Positions 34,901 through 49,900 of a stretch of DNA of 64,000 bases are shown in pieces. Below the pieces are notes generated by a model, which worked only from the letters and a program-made list of their open reading frames with translations, searched no databases and had not been told where the DNA came from. Each line of letters opens with the position of its first letter. The first letter of the stretch is position 1. Made by a program: the position numbers and the translations under genes. The DNA comes from Eledone cirrhosa (lineage: Eukaryota): contig OZ024755.1 of assembly GCA_964016885.1 (NCBI GenBank), positions 38,874,001-38,938,000 on the forward strand, given 5' to 3'.

Positions 34901-37900
34901 AAAATGTTTTCTATTGGGGTGTCTCACTAAAGTGTCTTGTAATGGGGTGTCTCACTAAAGTGTCTTGTATTGAGGGTGTCTCACTAAAGTGTCTTGTATT
35001 GGGGTGTCTCACTAAAGTGTCTTGTATTGGGGTGTCTCACTAAAGTGTCTTGTATTGGGGTGTCTCACTAAAGTGTCTTGTATTGGTGTGTCTCACTAAA
35101 GTGTCTTCTATTGGGGTGTCACACTAAAGTGTCTAGTATTGGAGTGTCTCACTAAAGTGTCTAGTATTGGGGTGTCACACTAAAGTGTCTTGTATTGGGG
35201 TGTCTCACCAAAGTGTCTTGTATGGGGGTGTCTCACCTAAATGTCTTGTATTGGGTGTCTCACTAAAGTGTCTTGTATTGAGGGTGTCTCACTAAAGTGT
35301 CTTGGGTTGGGGTGTCTCACTAAAGTGTCTTGTATTGGGGTGTCTCACTAAATGTCTTGTATTGGGGTGTCTCACTAAATGTCTTGTATTGAGGTATCTC
35401 ACTAAAGTGTCTTGTAATGGGGTGTCTCACTAAAATGTCTTGTATTGGGGTGTCTCACTAAAGTGTCTTGTATTGGGGTGTCTCACTAAAGTGTCTTGTA
35501 TAGGGGTGTCTCACTAAATGTCTTGTATTGGGGTGTCTCACTAAATGTCTTGTATTGAGGTGTCTCACTAAAGTGTCTTGTAATGGGGTGTCTCGCTAAA
35601 GTATCTTGTAGTGGGGTGTCTCACTAAAGTGTCTTGTATTGGGGTGTCTCACTAAAGTGTCTTGTATTGGGGTGTCTCACTAAAGTGTCTTGTATTGGGG
35701 TGTCTCACTAAAGTGTCTTGTATTGGGGGTGAGTCACCTAAATGACTTGTATTGGGGTGTCTCACTAAAGTGTCTTGTATTGGGGTGTCTCACTAAAGTG
35801 TCTTGTATTGGGGTGTCTCACTAAAGTGTCTTGTATTGGGGTGTCTCACTAAAGTGTCTTGTATTGGGGTGTCACACTAAAGTGTCTTGTATTGGAGTGT
35901 CTCACTAAAGTGTCTTGTATTGGGGTGTCTCACTAAAGTGTCTTGTATTGGGGTGTCTCACTAAAGTGTCTTGTATTGGGGTGTCACACTAAAGTGTCTT
36001 GTATTGGGTGTCACACTAAAGTGTTTTCTATTGGGGTGTCTCACTAAAGCCTCTTGTATTGCCGTGACTCACCTAAATGTCTTGTATTGGGGTGTCTCAC
36101 TAAAGTGTCTTGTATTGGGGTGTCTCACTAAAATGTTTTCTATTGGGGTGTCTCACTAAAGTCTTTTCTATTGGGGTGTCTCACTAAAGTCTTTTCTATT
36201 GGGGTGTCTCACTAAAGTGTCTTGTATTGGGGTGTCTCACTAAAGTGTCTTGTATTGGGGTGTCTCACTAAAATGTCTTGTATTGGGGAGTCTCACTAAA
36301 GTGTCTTGTATTGGGGGTGTCTCACTAAAGTGTCTTGTATTGGGGTGTCTCACTAAAGTGTCTTGTATTGGGGTGTCTCACTAATGTGTCTTGTATTGGG
36401 GTGTCTCACTAAGGTGTCTTGGGTTGGGGGTGTCTCACTAAAGTGTCTTGTATTGGGGTGTCTCACTAAAGTGTCTTGTATTGTGGTGTCTCACTAAAAT
36501 GTCTTGTAGTGGGGTGTCTCACCTAAAGTGTCTTGTATTGGGGTGTCTCACTAAAGTGTCTTGTATTGACGGTGTCTCACTAAAGTGTCTTGTATTGGGG
36601 TATCTCACTAAAGTGTCTTGTATTGGGTGTCTTGTATTGGGTGTCTCACTAAAGTGTCTTCTATTGGGGTGTCTCACTAAAGCCTCTTGTATTGCTGTGA
36701 CTCACCTAAATGTCTTGTATTGGGGTGTCTCACTAAAGTGTCTTGTATTGGGGTGTCTCACTAAAATGTCTTGTATTGGGGTGTCACACTAAAGTGTCTT
36801 GTATTGGGATGTCTCACTAAAATGTTTTCTATTGGGGTGTCTCACTAAAGTCTTTTCTATTGGGGTGTCTCACTAAAGTGTCTTGTATTGGGGTGTCTCA
36901 CTAAAATGTCTTGTATTGGGGTGTCTCATTAAAGTGTCTTGTATTGGGGGTGTCTCACTAAAGTGTCTTGTATTGGGGTGTCTCACTAAAGTGTCTTGTA
37001 TTGGGGTGTCTCACTAAAGTGTCTTGTATTGGGGTGTCTCACTAAAGTGTCTTGTATTGGGGTGTCTCACTAAAGTGTCTTGGGTTGGGGTGTCTCACTA
37101 AAGTGTCTTGTATTGGGGTGTCTCACTGAATGTCTTGTATTGAGGTGTCTCACTAAAGTGTCTTGTATTGGGGTGTCTCGCTAAAGTGACTTGTAGTGGT
37201 GTGTCTCACTAAAGTGTCTTGTATTGGGGTGTCTCACTAAAGTGTCTTGTATTGGGGTTTCTCACTAAAGTGTCTTGTATTGGGGTGTCACACTAAAGTG
37301 TCTTGTATTGGGTGTCTCACTAAAGTGTCTTCTATTGCGGTGTCTCACTAAAGCCTCTTGTATTGCGGTGACTCACCTAAATGTCTTGTATTAGGGTGTC
37401 TCACTAAATGGTCTTGTATTGGGGTGTCTCACTAAAATGTCTTGTATTGGGGTGTCACACTAAAATGTCTTGTATTGGGGTGTCTCACTAAAGTGTCTTG
37501 TATTGGGGTGTCTCACTAAAGTGTCTTGTATTGGGGGTGTCTCACTAAAGTGTCTTGTATTGGGGTGTCTCACTAAAGTGTCTTGTATTGGGGGTGTCTC
37601 ACTTAAGTGTCTTGTATTGGGGTGTCTCGCTAAAGTGTCTTGTATTGGGGTGTCTCACTAAAGTGTCTTGTATTGGGGTGTCTCACTAAAATGTCTTGTA
37701 TTGGGGTGTCTCACTAAAGTGTCTTGTATTGGGGTGTTTCACTAAATGTCTTGTAATGAGGTGTCTCATTAAAGTGTCTTGTATTGGGGTGTCTCGCTAA
37801 AGTGACTTGTAGTGGGGTGTCTCACTAAAGTGTCTTGTATTGGGGTGTCTCACTAAAGTGTCTATTATTGGGGTGTCCTGTATTGGGGTGTCTCAATAAA

Positions 37901-40900
37901 GTGTCTTGTATTGAGGTGTCTCACTAAAGTGTCTTGTATTGGTGTGTCTCACTAAAGTGTCTTGTATTGGTGTGTCTCACTAAAGTGTCTTCTATTGGGG
38001 TGTCTCACTAAAGTCTCTTGTATTGCGGTGTCTCACCTAAATGTCTTGTATTGGGGTGTCACACTAAAGTGTCTTGTATTGGGGTGTCTCACTAAAGTGT
38101 CTTGTATTGGGGTGTCTCACTAAAGTGTCTTGTATTGAGGGTGTCTTACTAAAGTGTCTTGTATAGAGGTGTCTCACTAAAGTGTCTTGTATTGGGGTGT
38201 CTCACTAAAGTGTCTTGTATTGGGGTGTCTCACTAAAGTGTCTTGGGTTGGGGTGTCTCACTAAAGTGTCTTGTATTGGGGTTTCTCACTAAATGTCTTG
38301 TATTGGGGTGTCTCACTAAATGTCTTGTATTGAGGTGTCTCGCTAAAGTGTCTTGTAGTGGGGTGTCTCACTAAAGTGTCTTGTAGTGGGGTGTCTCACT
38401 AAAGTGTCTTGTATTGGGGTGTCTCACTAAAGTGTCTTGTATTGGGGTGTCCTGTATTGGGGTGTCTCACTAAAGTGTCTTGTATTGGGGTGTCTCACTA
38501 AAGTGTCTTGTAATGGGCTGTCTCACTAAAGTGTCTTGTAATGGGCTGTCTCACTAAAGTGTCTTGTATTGAGGGTGTCTCACTAAAGTGTCTTGTATTT
38601 GGGTGTCTCACTAAAGTGTCTTGTATTGGGCTGTCTCACTAAAGTGTCTTGTATTGGGGTGTCTCACTAAAATGTCTTGTATTGGTGTGTCTCACTAAAG
38701 TGTCTTCTATTGGGGTGTCACACTAAAGTGTCTTGTATTGGAGTGTCACACTAAAGTGTCTTGTATTGGAGTGTCTCACTAAAGTGTCTAGTATTGGGGT
38801 GTCACACTAAAGTGTCTTGTATTGGGGTGTCTCACTAAAGTGTCTTGTATGGGGGTGTCTCACCTAAATGTCTTGTATTGGGGTGTCTCACTAAAGTGTC
38901 TTGTATTGAGGGTGTCTTACTAAAGTGTCTTGTATAGAGGTGTCTCACTAAAGTGTCTTGTATTGGGGTGTCTCACTAAATGTCTTGTATTGGGGTGTCT
39001 CACTAAATTGTCTTGTAATGGGGTGTCTCGCTAAAGGGTCTTGTAGTGGGGTGTCTCACTAAAGTGTCTTGTATTGGGGTGTCTCACTAAAGTGTCTTGT
39101 ATTGGGGTGTCTCACTAAAGTGTCTTGTATTGGGGTGTCTCACTAAAGTGTCTTGTATTTGGGTGTCTCACTAAAATGTCTTGTATTGGGGTGTCTCACT
39201 AAAGTGTCTTGTATTGGGGTGTCTCACTAAAGTGTCTTGTATTGAGGTGTCTCACCTAAAGTGTCTTGTATTGAGGTGTCTCACCTAAAGTGTCTTGTAT
39301 TGGGGTGTCTCACTAAAGTGTCTTGTATTGGGATGTCTCACTAAAGTGTCTTGTATTGAGGTGTCTCACTAAAGTGTTTTGTATTGAGGTGTCTCACCTA
39401 AAGTGTCTTGTATTGGGGTGTCTCACTAAAATGTCTTGTATTGGGGTGTCTCACTAAAGTGTCTTGTATTGGGGTGTCTCACTAAATTATCTTGTATTGG
39501 GGTGTCTCACTAAAGTCTCTTTTATTGGGGTGTCTCACTAAAGTCTGTTGTATTGGGGTATCCTGTATTGGGGTGTCTCACTAAAGTGTCTTGTATTGGG
39601 GTGTCGCACTAAAATTTCTTGTATTGGGGTGTCACACTAAAGTGTCTTGTGTTGGGGGTGTCTCACTAAAGTCTCTTGTATTGGGGTGTCTCACTAAAGT
39701 GTCTTGTATTGGGGTGTCTCACTAAAATGTCTTGTATTGGGGTGTCTCACTAAAGTCTCTTGTATTGGGGTGTCTCACTAAAATGTCTTGTATTGGGGTG
39801 TCTCACTAAAGTGTCTTGTAGTGGGGTGTCTCACTAAAGTGTCTTGTATTGGGGTGTCTCACTAAAGTGTCTTGTATTGGGGTGTCACACTAAAGTGTCT
39901 TGTATTAGGTGTCTCACTAAAGTGTCTTCTATTGGGGTGTCTCACTAAAGCCTCTTGTATTGCTGTGACTCACCTAAATGTCTTGTATTGGGGTGTCTCA
40001 CTAAAGTGTCTTGTATTGGGGTGTCTCACTAATGTCTTGTATTGGGGTGTCACACTAAAGTGTCTTGTATTGGGATGTCTCACTAAAATGTTTTCTATTG
40101 GGGTGTCTCACTAAAGTCTTTTCTATTGGGGTGTCTCACTAAAGTGTCTTGTATTGGTGTGTCTCACTAAATTGTCTTGTATTGGGGTGTCACACTAAAG
40201 TGTCTTCTATTGGGGTGTCTCACTAAAGTCTCTTGTATTGCGGTGTCTCACCTAAATGTCTTGTATTGGGGTGTCACACTAAAGTGTCTTGTATTGGGGT
40301 GTCTCACTAAAGTGTCTTGTATGGGGGTGTCTCACCTAAATGTCTTGTATTGGGGTGTCTCACTAAAGTGTCTTGTATTGAGGGTGTCTTACTAAAGTGT
40401 CTTGTATAGAGGTGTCTCACTAAAGTGTCTTGTATTGGGGTGTCTCACTAAAGTGTCTTGTATTGGGGTGTCTCACTAAAGTGTCTTGGGTTGGGGTGTC
40501 TCACTAAAGTGTCTTGTATTGGGGTTTCTCACTAAATGTCTTGTATTGGGGTGTCTCACTAAATGTCTTGTATTGAGGTGTCTCGCTAAAGTGTCTTGTA
40601 GTGGGGTGTCTCACTAAAGTGTCTTGTATTGGGGTGTCTCACTAAAGTGTCTTGTATTGGGGTGTCTCACTAAAGTGTCTTGTATTGGGGTGTCCTGTAT
40701 TGGGGTGTCTCACTAAAGTGTCTTGTATTGGGGTGTCTCACTAAAGTGTCTTGTAATGGGCTGTCTCACTAAAGTGTCTTGTAATGGGCTGTCTCACTAA
40801 AGTGTCTTGTATTGAGGGTGTCTCACTAAAGTGTCTTGTATTTGTGTGTCTCACTAAAGTGTCTTGTATTGGGCTGTCTCACTAAAGTGTCTTGTATTGG

Positions 40901-43900
40901 GGTGTCACACTAAAGTGTCTTGTATTGGGGTGTCTCACTAAAGTGTCTTGTATGGGGGTGTCTCACCTAAATGTCTTGTATTGGGGTGTCTCACTAAAGT
41001 GTCTTGTATTGAGGGTGTCTTACTAAAGTGTCTTGTATAGAGGTGTTTCACTAAAGTGTCTTGGGTTGGGGTGTCTCACTAAAGTGTCTTGTATTGGGGT
41101 GTCTCACTAAATGTCTTGTATTGGGGTGTCTCACTAAATTGTCTTGTAATGGGGTGTCTCGCTAAAGGGTCTTGTAGTGGGGTGTCTCACTAAAGTGTCT
41201 TGTATTGGGGTGTCTCACTAAAGTGTCTTGTATTGGGGTGTCTCACTAAAGTGTCTTGTATTGGGGTGTCTCACTAAAGTGTCTTGTATTGGGGTGTCTC
41301 ACTAAAGTGTCTTGTATTGGGGTGTCTCACTAAAATGTCTTGTATTGGGGTGTCTCACTAAAGTGTCTTGTATTGGGGCGTCTCACTAAAGTGTCTTGTA
41401 TTGAGGTGTCTCACCTAAAGTGTCTTGTATTGAGGTGTCTCACCTAAAGTGTCTTGTATTGGGGTGTCTCACTAAAGTGTCTTGTATTGGGATGTCTCAC
41501 TAAAGTGTCTTGTATTGAGGTGTCTCACTAAAGTGTTTTGTATTGAGGTGTCTCACCTAAAGTGTCTTGTATTGGGGTGTCTCACTAAAATGTCTTGTAT
41601 TGGGGTGTCAAACTAAAGTGTCTTGTATTGGGGTGTCTCACTAAATTATCTTGTATTGGGGTGTCTCACTAAAGTCTCTTTTATTGGGGTGTCTCACTAA
41701 AGTCTGTTGTATTGGGGTATCCTGTATTGGGGTGTCTCACTAAAGTGTCTTGTATTGGGGTGTCGCACTAAAATTTCTTGTATTGGGGTGTCTCACTAAA
41801 GTGTCTTGTGTTGGGGGTGTCTCACTAAAGTCTCTTGTATTGGGGTGTCTCACTAAAGTGTCTTGTATTGGGGTGTCTCACTAAAGTGTCTTGTATTGGG
41901 GTGTCTCACTAAAGTGTCTTGTATTGGGGTGTCTCACTAAAGTCTCTTGTATTGGGGTGTCTCACTAAAATGTCTTGTATTGGGGTGTCTCACTAAAGTG
42001 TCTTGTAGTGGGGTGTCTCACTAAAGTGTCTTGTATTGGGGTGTCTCACTAAAGTGTCTTGTATTGGGGTGTCACACTAAAGTGTCTTGTATTAGGTGTC
42101 TCACTAAAGTGTCTTCTATTGGGGTGTCTCACTAAAGCCTCTTGTATTGCTGTGACTCACCTAAATGTCTTGTATTGGGGTGTCTCACTAAAGTGTCTTG
42201 TATTGGGGTGTCTCACTAATGTCTTGTATTGGGGTGTCACACTAAAGTGTCTTGTATTGGGATGTCTCACTAAAATGTTTTCTATTGGGGTGTCTCACTA
42301 AAGTCTTTTCTATTGGGGTGTCTCACTAAAGTGTCTTGTATTGGGGTGTCTCACTAAAGTGTCTTGTATTGGGGTGTCTCACTAAAATGTCTTGTATTGG
42401 GGTGTCTCACTAAAGTGTCTTGTATTGGGAGTGGCTCACTAAAGTGTCTTGTATTGGGGTGTCTCACTAAAGTGTCTTGTATTGGGGTGTCACACTAAAG
42501 TGTCTTGTATTGGGGTGTCTCACTAAAGTGTCTTCTATTGGGGTGTCTCACTAAAGCCTCTTGTATTGCGGTGACTCACCTAAATGTCTTGTATTGGGCT
42601 GTCTCACTAAAGTGTCTTGTATTGGGGTGTCTCACTAAAGCGTCTTGTATTGGGGTGTCTCACTAAAGTGTCTTGTATTGGGGTGTCTCACTAAAGTGTC
42701 TTGTATTGGGGTGTCTCACTAAAGTGTCTTATATTGGGGTGTCTCACTAAAGTGTCTTGTATTGGGGTGTCTCACTAAAGTGTCTTGTATTGGGGGTGTC
42801 TCACTAAAGTGTCTTGTATTGGGGTGTCTCACTAAAGTGTCTTGTATTGGGGGTGTCTCACTTAAGTGTCTTGTATTGGGGTGTCTCGCTAAAGTGTCTT
42901 GTATTGGGGTGTCTCACTAAAGTGTCTTGTATTGGGGTGTCTCACTAAAATGTCTTGTATTGGGGTGTCTCACTAAAGTGTCTTGTATTGGGGTGTTTCA
43001 CTAAATGTCTTGTATTGAGGTGTCTCACTAAAGTGTCTTGTATTGGGGTGTCTCGCTAAAGTGACTTGTAGTGGGGTGTCTCACTAAAGTGTCTTGTATT
43101 GGGGTGTCTCACTAAAGTGTCTTGTATTGGGGTGTCCTGTATTGGGGTGTCTCACTAAAGTGTCTTGTATTGGGGTGTCTCACTAAAGTGTCTTGTATTG
43201 GGGTGTCTCACTAAAGTGTCTTGTATTGGGGTGTCTCACTAAAGTGTCTTGTATTGGGGTGTCACACTAAAGTGTCTTGTATTGGGGTCTCTCACTAAAG
43301 TGTCTTCTATTGGGGTGTCTCACTAAAGTCTCTTGTATTGGGGTGTCTCACTAAAGTGTCTTGTATTGGGGTGTCTCACTAAAGTGTCTTGTATTGGGGT
43401 GTCTCACTAAAGTGTCTTGTATTGGGGTGTCTCACTAAAGTGTCTTGTATTGGGGTGTCTCTCTAAAGTGTCTTGTATTGGGGTGTCTCACTAAAGTGTC
43501 TTGTATTGGGGTGTCTCACTAAAGTGTCTTGTATTGGGGCTGTCTCACTAAAGTGTCTTGTATTGGGGTGTCTCACTAAAGTGTCTTGTATTGGGGGTGT
43601 CTCACTTAAGTGTCTTGTATTGGGGTGTCTCGCTAAAGTGTCTTGTATTGGGGTGTCTCACTAAAGTGTCTTGTATTGGGGTGTCTCACTAAAATGTCTT
43701 GTATTGGGGTGTCTCACTAAAGTGTCTTGTATTGGGGTGTTTCACTAAATGTCTTGTATTGAGGTGTCTCACTAAAGTGTCTTGTATTGGGGTGTCTCAC
43801 TAAAGTGTCTTGTATTGGGGGTGTCTCACTTAAGTGTCTTGTATTGGGGTGTCTCGCTAAAGTGTCTTGTATTGGGGTGTCTCACTAAAGTGTCTTGTAT

Positions 43901-46900
43901 TGGGGTGTCTCACTAAAATGTCTTGTATTGGGGTGTCTCACTAAAGTGTCTTGTATTGGGGTGTTTCACTAAATGTCTTGTATTGAGGTGTCTCGCTAAA
44001 GTGACTCGTAGTGGGGTGTCTCACTAAAGTGTCTTGTATTGGGGTGTCTCACTAAAGTGTCTTGTATTGGGGTGTCTCACTAAAGTGTCTTGTATTGGGG
44101 TGTCCTGTATTGGGGTGTCTCACTAAAGTGTCTTGTATTGGGGTGTCTCACTAAAGTGTCTTGTATTGGGGTGTCTCACTAAAGTGTCTTGTATTGGGGT
44201 GTCTCACTAAAGTGTCTTGTATTGGGGTGTCACACTAAAGTGTCTTGTATTGGGTCTCTCACTAAAGTGTCTTCTATTGGGGTGTCTCACTAAAGTCTCT
44301 TGTATTGCGGTGTCTCACCTAAATGTCTTGTATTGGGGTGTCTCACTAAAGTGTCTTGTATTGGGGTGTCTCACTAAAGTGTCTTGTATTGGGGTGTCTC
44401 ACTAAAGTGTCTTGTATTGGGGTGTCTCACTAAAATGTCTTGTATTGGGGTGTCTCACCTAAAGTGTCTTGTATTGGCGGTGTCTCACTAAAGTGTCTTG
44501 TATTGGCGGTGTCTCACTAAAGTGTCTTGTATTGGGGTATCTCACTAAAGTGTCTTGTATTGGGGTGTCCTGTATTGGGGTGTCTCACTAAAGTGTCTTG
44601 TATTGGGGTGTCTCACTAAAGTGTCTTGTATTGGTGTGTCTCACTAAAGTGTCTTCTATTGGGGTGTCACACTAAAGCGTCTTGTATTGGAGTGTCTCAC
44701 TAAAGTGTCTAGTATTGGGGTGTCACACTAAAGTGTCTTGTATTGGGGTGTCACACTAAAGTGTCTTGTATTGGGGTGTCTCACTGAATGTCTTGTATTG
44801 AGGTGTCTCACTAAAGTGTCTTGTATTGGGGTGTCTCGCTAAAGTGACTTGTAGTGGTGTGTCTCACTAAAGTGTCTTGTATTGGGGTGTCTCACTAAAG
44901 TGTCTTGTATTGGGGTGTCTCACTAAAGTGTCTTGTATTGGGGTGTCTCACTAAAGTGTCTTGTATTGGGTGTCTCACTAAAGTGTCTTCTATTGCGGTG
45001 TCTCACTAAAGCCTCTTGTATTGCGGTGACTCACCTAAATGTCTTGTATTAGGGTGTCTCACTAAATGGTCTTGTATTGGGGTGTCTCACTAAAATGTCT
45101 TGTATTGGGGTGTCACACTAAAATGTCTTGTATTGGGGTGTCTCACTAAAGTGACTTGTATTGGGGTGTCTCACTAAAGTGTCTTGTATTGGGGTGTCTC
45201 ACTAAAGTGTCTTGTATTGGGGTGTCTCACTAAAGTGTCTTGTATTGGGGTGTCTCACTAAAGTGTCTTTTATTGGGGTGTCTCACTAAAGTGTCTTGTA
45301 TTGGGGGTGTCTCACTAAAGTGTCTTGTATTGGGGGTGTCTCACTAAAGTGTCTTGTATTGGGGTGTCTCACTAAAGTGTCTTGTATTGGGAGTGTCTCA
45401 CTTAAGTGTCTTGTATTGGGGTGTCTCGCTAAAGTGTCTTGTATTGGGGTGTCTCACTAAAGTGTCTTGTATTGGGGTGTCTCACTAAAATGTCTTGTAT
45501 TGGGGTGTCTCACTAAAGTGTCTTGTATTGGGGTGTTTCACTAAATGTCTTGTAATGAGGTGTCTCATTAAAGTGTCTTGTATTGGGGTGTCTCGCTAAA
45601 GTGACTTGTAGTGGGGTGTCTCACTAAAGTGTCTTGTATTGGGGTGTCTCACTAAAGTGTCTTGTATTGGGGTGTCCTGTATTGGGGTGACTCAATAAAG
45701 TGTCTTGTATTGGGGTGTCTCACTAAAGTGTCTTGTATTGGGGTGTCTCACTAAAGTGTCTTGTATTGGGGGTGTCTCACTAAAGTGTCTTGTATTGGGG
45801 TGTCTCACTAAAGTGTCTTGTATTGGGGGTGTCTCACTTAAGTGTCTTGTATTGGGGTGTCTCGCTAAAGTGTCTTGTATTGGGGTGTCTCACTAAAGTG
45901 TCTTGTATTGGGGTGTCTCACTAAAATGTCTTGTATTGGGGTGTCTCACTAAAGTGTCTTGTATTGGGGTGTTTCACTAAATGTCTTGTAATGAGGTGTC
46001 TCATTAAAGTGTCTTGTATTGGGGTGTCTCGCTAAAGTGACTTGTAGTGGGGTGTCTCACTAAAGTGTCTTGTATTGGGGTGTCTCACTAAAGTGTCTAT
46101 TATTGGGGTGTCCTGTATTGGGGTGTCTCAATAAAGTGTCTTGTATTGGGGTGTCTCACTAAAGTGTCTTGTATTGGTGTGTCTCACTAAAGTGTCTTGT
46201 ATTGGTGTGTCTCACTAAAGTGTCTTCTATTGGGGTGTCTCACTAAAGTCTCTTGTATTGCGGTGTCTCACCTAAATGTCTTGTATTGGGGTGTCACACT
46301 AAAGTGTCTTGTATTGGGGTGTCTCACTAAAGTGTCTTGTATTGGGGTGTCTCACTAAAGTGTCTTGTATTGAGGGTGTCTTACTAAAGTGTCTTGTATA
46401 GAGGTGTCTCACTAAAGTGTCTTGTATTGGGGTGTCTCACTAAAGTGTCTTGTATTGGGGTGTCTCACTAAAGTGTCTTGGGTTGGGGTGTCTCACTAAA
46501 GTGTCTTGTATTGGGGTTTCTCACTAAATGTCTTGTATTGGGGTGTCTCACTAAATGTCTTGTATTGAGGTGTCTCGCTAAAGTGTCTTGTAGTGGGGTG
46601 TCTCACTAAAGTGTCTTGTAGTGGGGTGTCTCACTAAAGTGTCTTGTATTGGGGTGTCTCACTAAAGTGTCTTGTATTGGGGTGTCCTGTATTGGGGTGT
46701 CTCACTAAAGTGTCTTGTATTGGGGTGTCTCACTAAAGTGTCTTGTAATGGGCTGTCTCACTAAAGTGTCTTGTAATGGGCTGTCTCACTAAAGTGTCTT
46801 GTATTGAGGGTGTCTCACTAAAGTGTCTTGTATTTGGGTGTCTCACTAAAGTGTCTTGTATTGGGCTGTCTCACTAAAGTGTCTTGTATTGGGGTGTCTC

Positions 46901-49900
46901 ACTAAAATGTCTTGTATTGGTGTGTCTCACTAAAGTGTCTTCTATTGGGGTGTCACACTAAAGTGTCTTGTATTGGAGTGTCACACTAAAGTGTCTTGTA
47001 TTGGAGTGTCTCACTAAAGTGTCTAGTATTGGGGTGTCACACTAAAGTGTCTTGTATTGGGGTGTCTCACTAAAGTGTCTTGTATGGGGGTGTCTCACCT
47101 AAATGTCTTGTATTGGGGTGTCTCACTAAAGTGTCTTGTATTGAGGGTGTCTTACTAAAGTGTCTTGTATAGAGGTGTCTCACTAAAGTGTCTTGTATTG
47201 GGGTGTCTCACTAAATGTCTTGTATTGGGGTGTCTCACTAAATTGTCTTGTAATGGGGTGTCTCGCTAAAGGGTCTTGTAGTGGGGTGTCTCACTAAAGT
47301 GTCTTGTATTGGGGTGTCTCACTAAAGTGTCTTGTATTGGGGTGTCTCACTAAAGTGTCTTGTATTGGGGTGTCTCACTAAAGTGTCTTGTATTTGGGTG
47401 TCTCACTAAAATGTCTTGTATTGGGGTGTCTCACTAAAGTGTCTTGTATTGGGGTGTCTCACTAAAGTGTCTTGTATTGAGGTGTCTCACCTAAAGTGTC
47501 TTGTATTGAGGTGTCTCACCTAAAGTGTCTTGTATTGGGGTGTCTCACTAAAGTGTCTTGTATTGGGATGTCTCACTAAAGTGTCTTGTATTGAGGTGTC
47601 GCACTAAAGTGTTTTGTATTGAGGTGTCTCACCTAAAGTGTCTTGTATTGGGGTGTCTCACTAAAATGTCTTGTATTGGGGTGTCTCACTAAAGTGTCTT
47701 GTATTGGGGTGTCTCACTAAATTATCTTGTATTGGGGTGTCTCACTAAAGTCTCTTTTATTGGGGTGTCTCACTAAAGTCTGTTGTATTGGGGTATCCTG
47801 TATTGGGGTGTCTCACTAAAGTGTCTTGTATTGGGGTGTCGCACTAAAATTTCTTGTATTGGGGTGTCACACTAAAGTGTCTTGTGTTGGGGGTGTCTCA
47901 CTAAAGTCTCTTGTATTGGGGTGTCTCACTAAAGTGTCTTGTATTGGGATGTCTCACTAAAGTGTCTTGTATTGGGGTGTCTCACTAAAGTCTCTTGTAT
48001 TGGGGTGTCTCACTAAAATGTCTTGTATTGGGGTGTCTCACTAAAGTGTCTTGTAGTGGGGTGTCTCACTAAAGTGTCTTGTATTGGGGTGTCTCACTAA
48101 AGTGTCTTGTATTGGGGTGTCACACTAAAGTGTCTTGTATTAGGTGTCTCACTAAAGTGTCTTCTATTGGGGTGTCTCACTAAAGCCTCTTGTATTGCCG
48201 TGACTCACCTAAATGTCTTGTATTGGGGTGTCTCACTAAAGTGTCTTGTATTGGGGTGTCTCACTAATGTCTTGTATTGGGGTGTCACACTAAAGTGTCT
48301 TGTATTGGGATGTCTCACTAAAATGTTTTCTATTGGGGTGTCTCACTAAAGTCTTTTCTATTGGGGTGTCTCACTAAAGTGTCTTGTATTGGTGTGTCTC
48401 ACTAAATTGTCTTGTATTGGGGTGTCACACTAAAGTGTCTTCTATTGGGGTGTCTCACTAAAGTCTCTTGTATTGCGGTGTCTCACCTAAATGTCTTGTA
48501 TTGGGGTGTCACACTAAAGTGTCTTGTATTGGGGTGTCTCACTAAAGTGTCTTGTATGGGGGTGTCTCACCTAAATGTCTTGTATTGGGGTGTCTCACTA
48601 AAGTGTCTTGTATTGAGGGTGTCTTACTAAAGTATCTTGTATAGAGGTGTCTCACTAAAGTGTCTTGTATTGGGGTGTCTCACTAAAGTGTCTTGTATTG
48701 GGGTGTCTCACTAAAGTGTCTTGGGTTGGGGTGTCTCACTAAAGTGTCTTGTATTGGGGTTTCTCACTAAATGTCTTGTATTGGGGTGTCTCACTAAATG
48801 TCTTGTATTGAGGTGTCTCGCTAAAGTGTCTTGTAGTGGGGTGTCTCACTAAAGTGTCTGGTATTGGGGTGTCTCACTAAAGTGTCTTGTATTGGGGTGT
48901 CTCACTAAAGTGTCTTGTATTGGGGTGTCTCACTAAAGTGTCTTGTATTGGGGTGTCCTGTATTGGGGTGTCTCACTAAAGTGTCTTGTATTGGGGTGTC
49001 TCACTAAAGTGTCTTGTAATGGGCTGTCTCACTAAAGTGTCTTGTAATGGGCTGTCTCACTAAAGTGTCTTGTATTGAGGGTGTCTCACTAAAGTGTCTT
49101 GTATTTGGGTGTCTCACTAAAGTGTCTTGTATTGGGCTGTCTCACTAAAGTGTCTTGTATTGGGGTGTCACACTAAAGTGTCTTGTATTGGGGTGTCTCA
49201 CTAAAGTGTCTTGTATGGGGGTGTCTCACCTAAATGTCTTGTATTGGGGTGTCTCACTAAAGTGTCTTGTATTGAGGGTGTCTTACTAAAGTGTCTTGTA
49301 TAGAGGTGTTTCACTAAAGTGTCTTGGGTTGGGGTGTCTCACTAAAGTGTCTTGTATTGGGGTGTCTCACTAAATGTCTTGTATTGGGGTGTCTCACTAA
49401 ATTGTCTTGTAATGGGGTGTCTCGCTAAAGGGTCTTGTAGTGGGGTGTCTCACTAAAGTGTCTTGTATTGGGGTGTCTCACTAAAGTGTCTTGTATTGGG
49501 GTGTCTCACTAAAGTGTCTTGTATTGGGGTGTCTCACTAAAGTGTCTTGTATTGGGGTGTCTCACTAAAGTGTCTTGTATTGGGGTGTCTCACTAAAATT
49601 TCTTGTATTGGGGTGTCTCACTAAAGTGTCTTGTATTGGGGTGTCTCACTAAAGTGTCTTGTATTGAGGTGTCTCACCTAAAGTGTCTTGTATTGAGGTG
49701 TCTCACCTAAAGTGTCTTGTATTGGGGTGTCTCACTAAAGTGTCTTGTATTGGGATGTCTCACTAAAGTGTCTTGTATTGAGGTGTCTCACTAAAGTGTT
49801 TTGTATTGAGGTGTCTCACCTAAAGTGTCTTGTATTGGGGTGTCTCACTAAAATGTCTTGTATTGGGGTGTCAAACTAAAGTGTCTTGTATTGGGGTGTC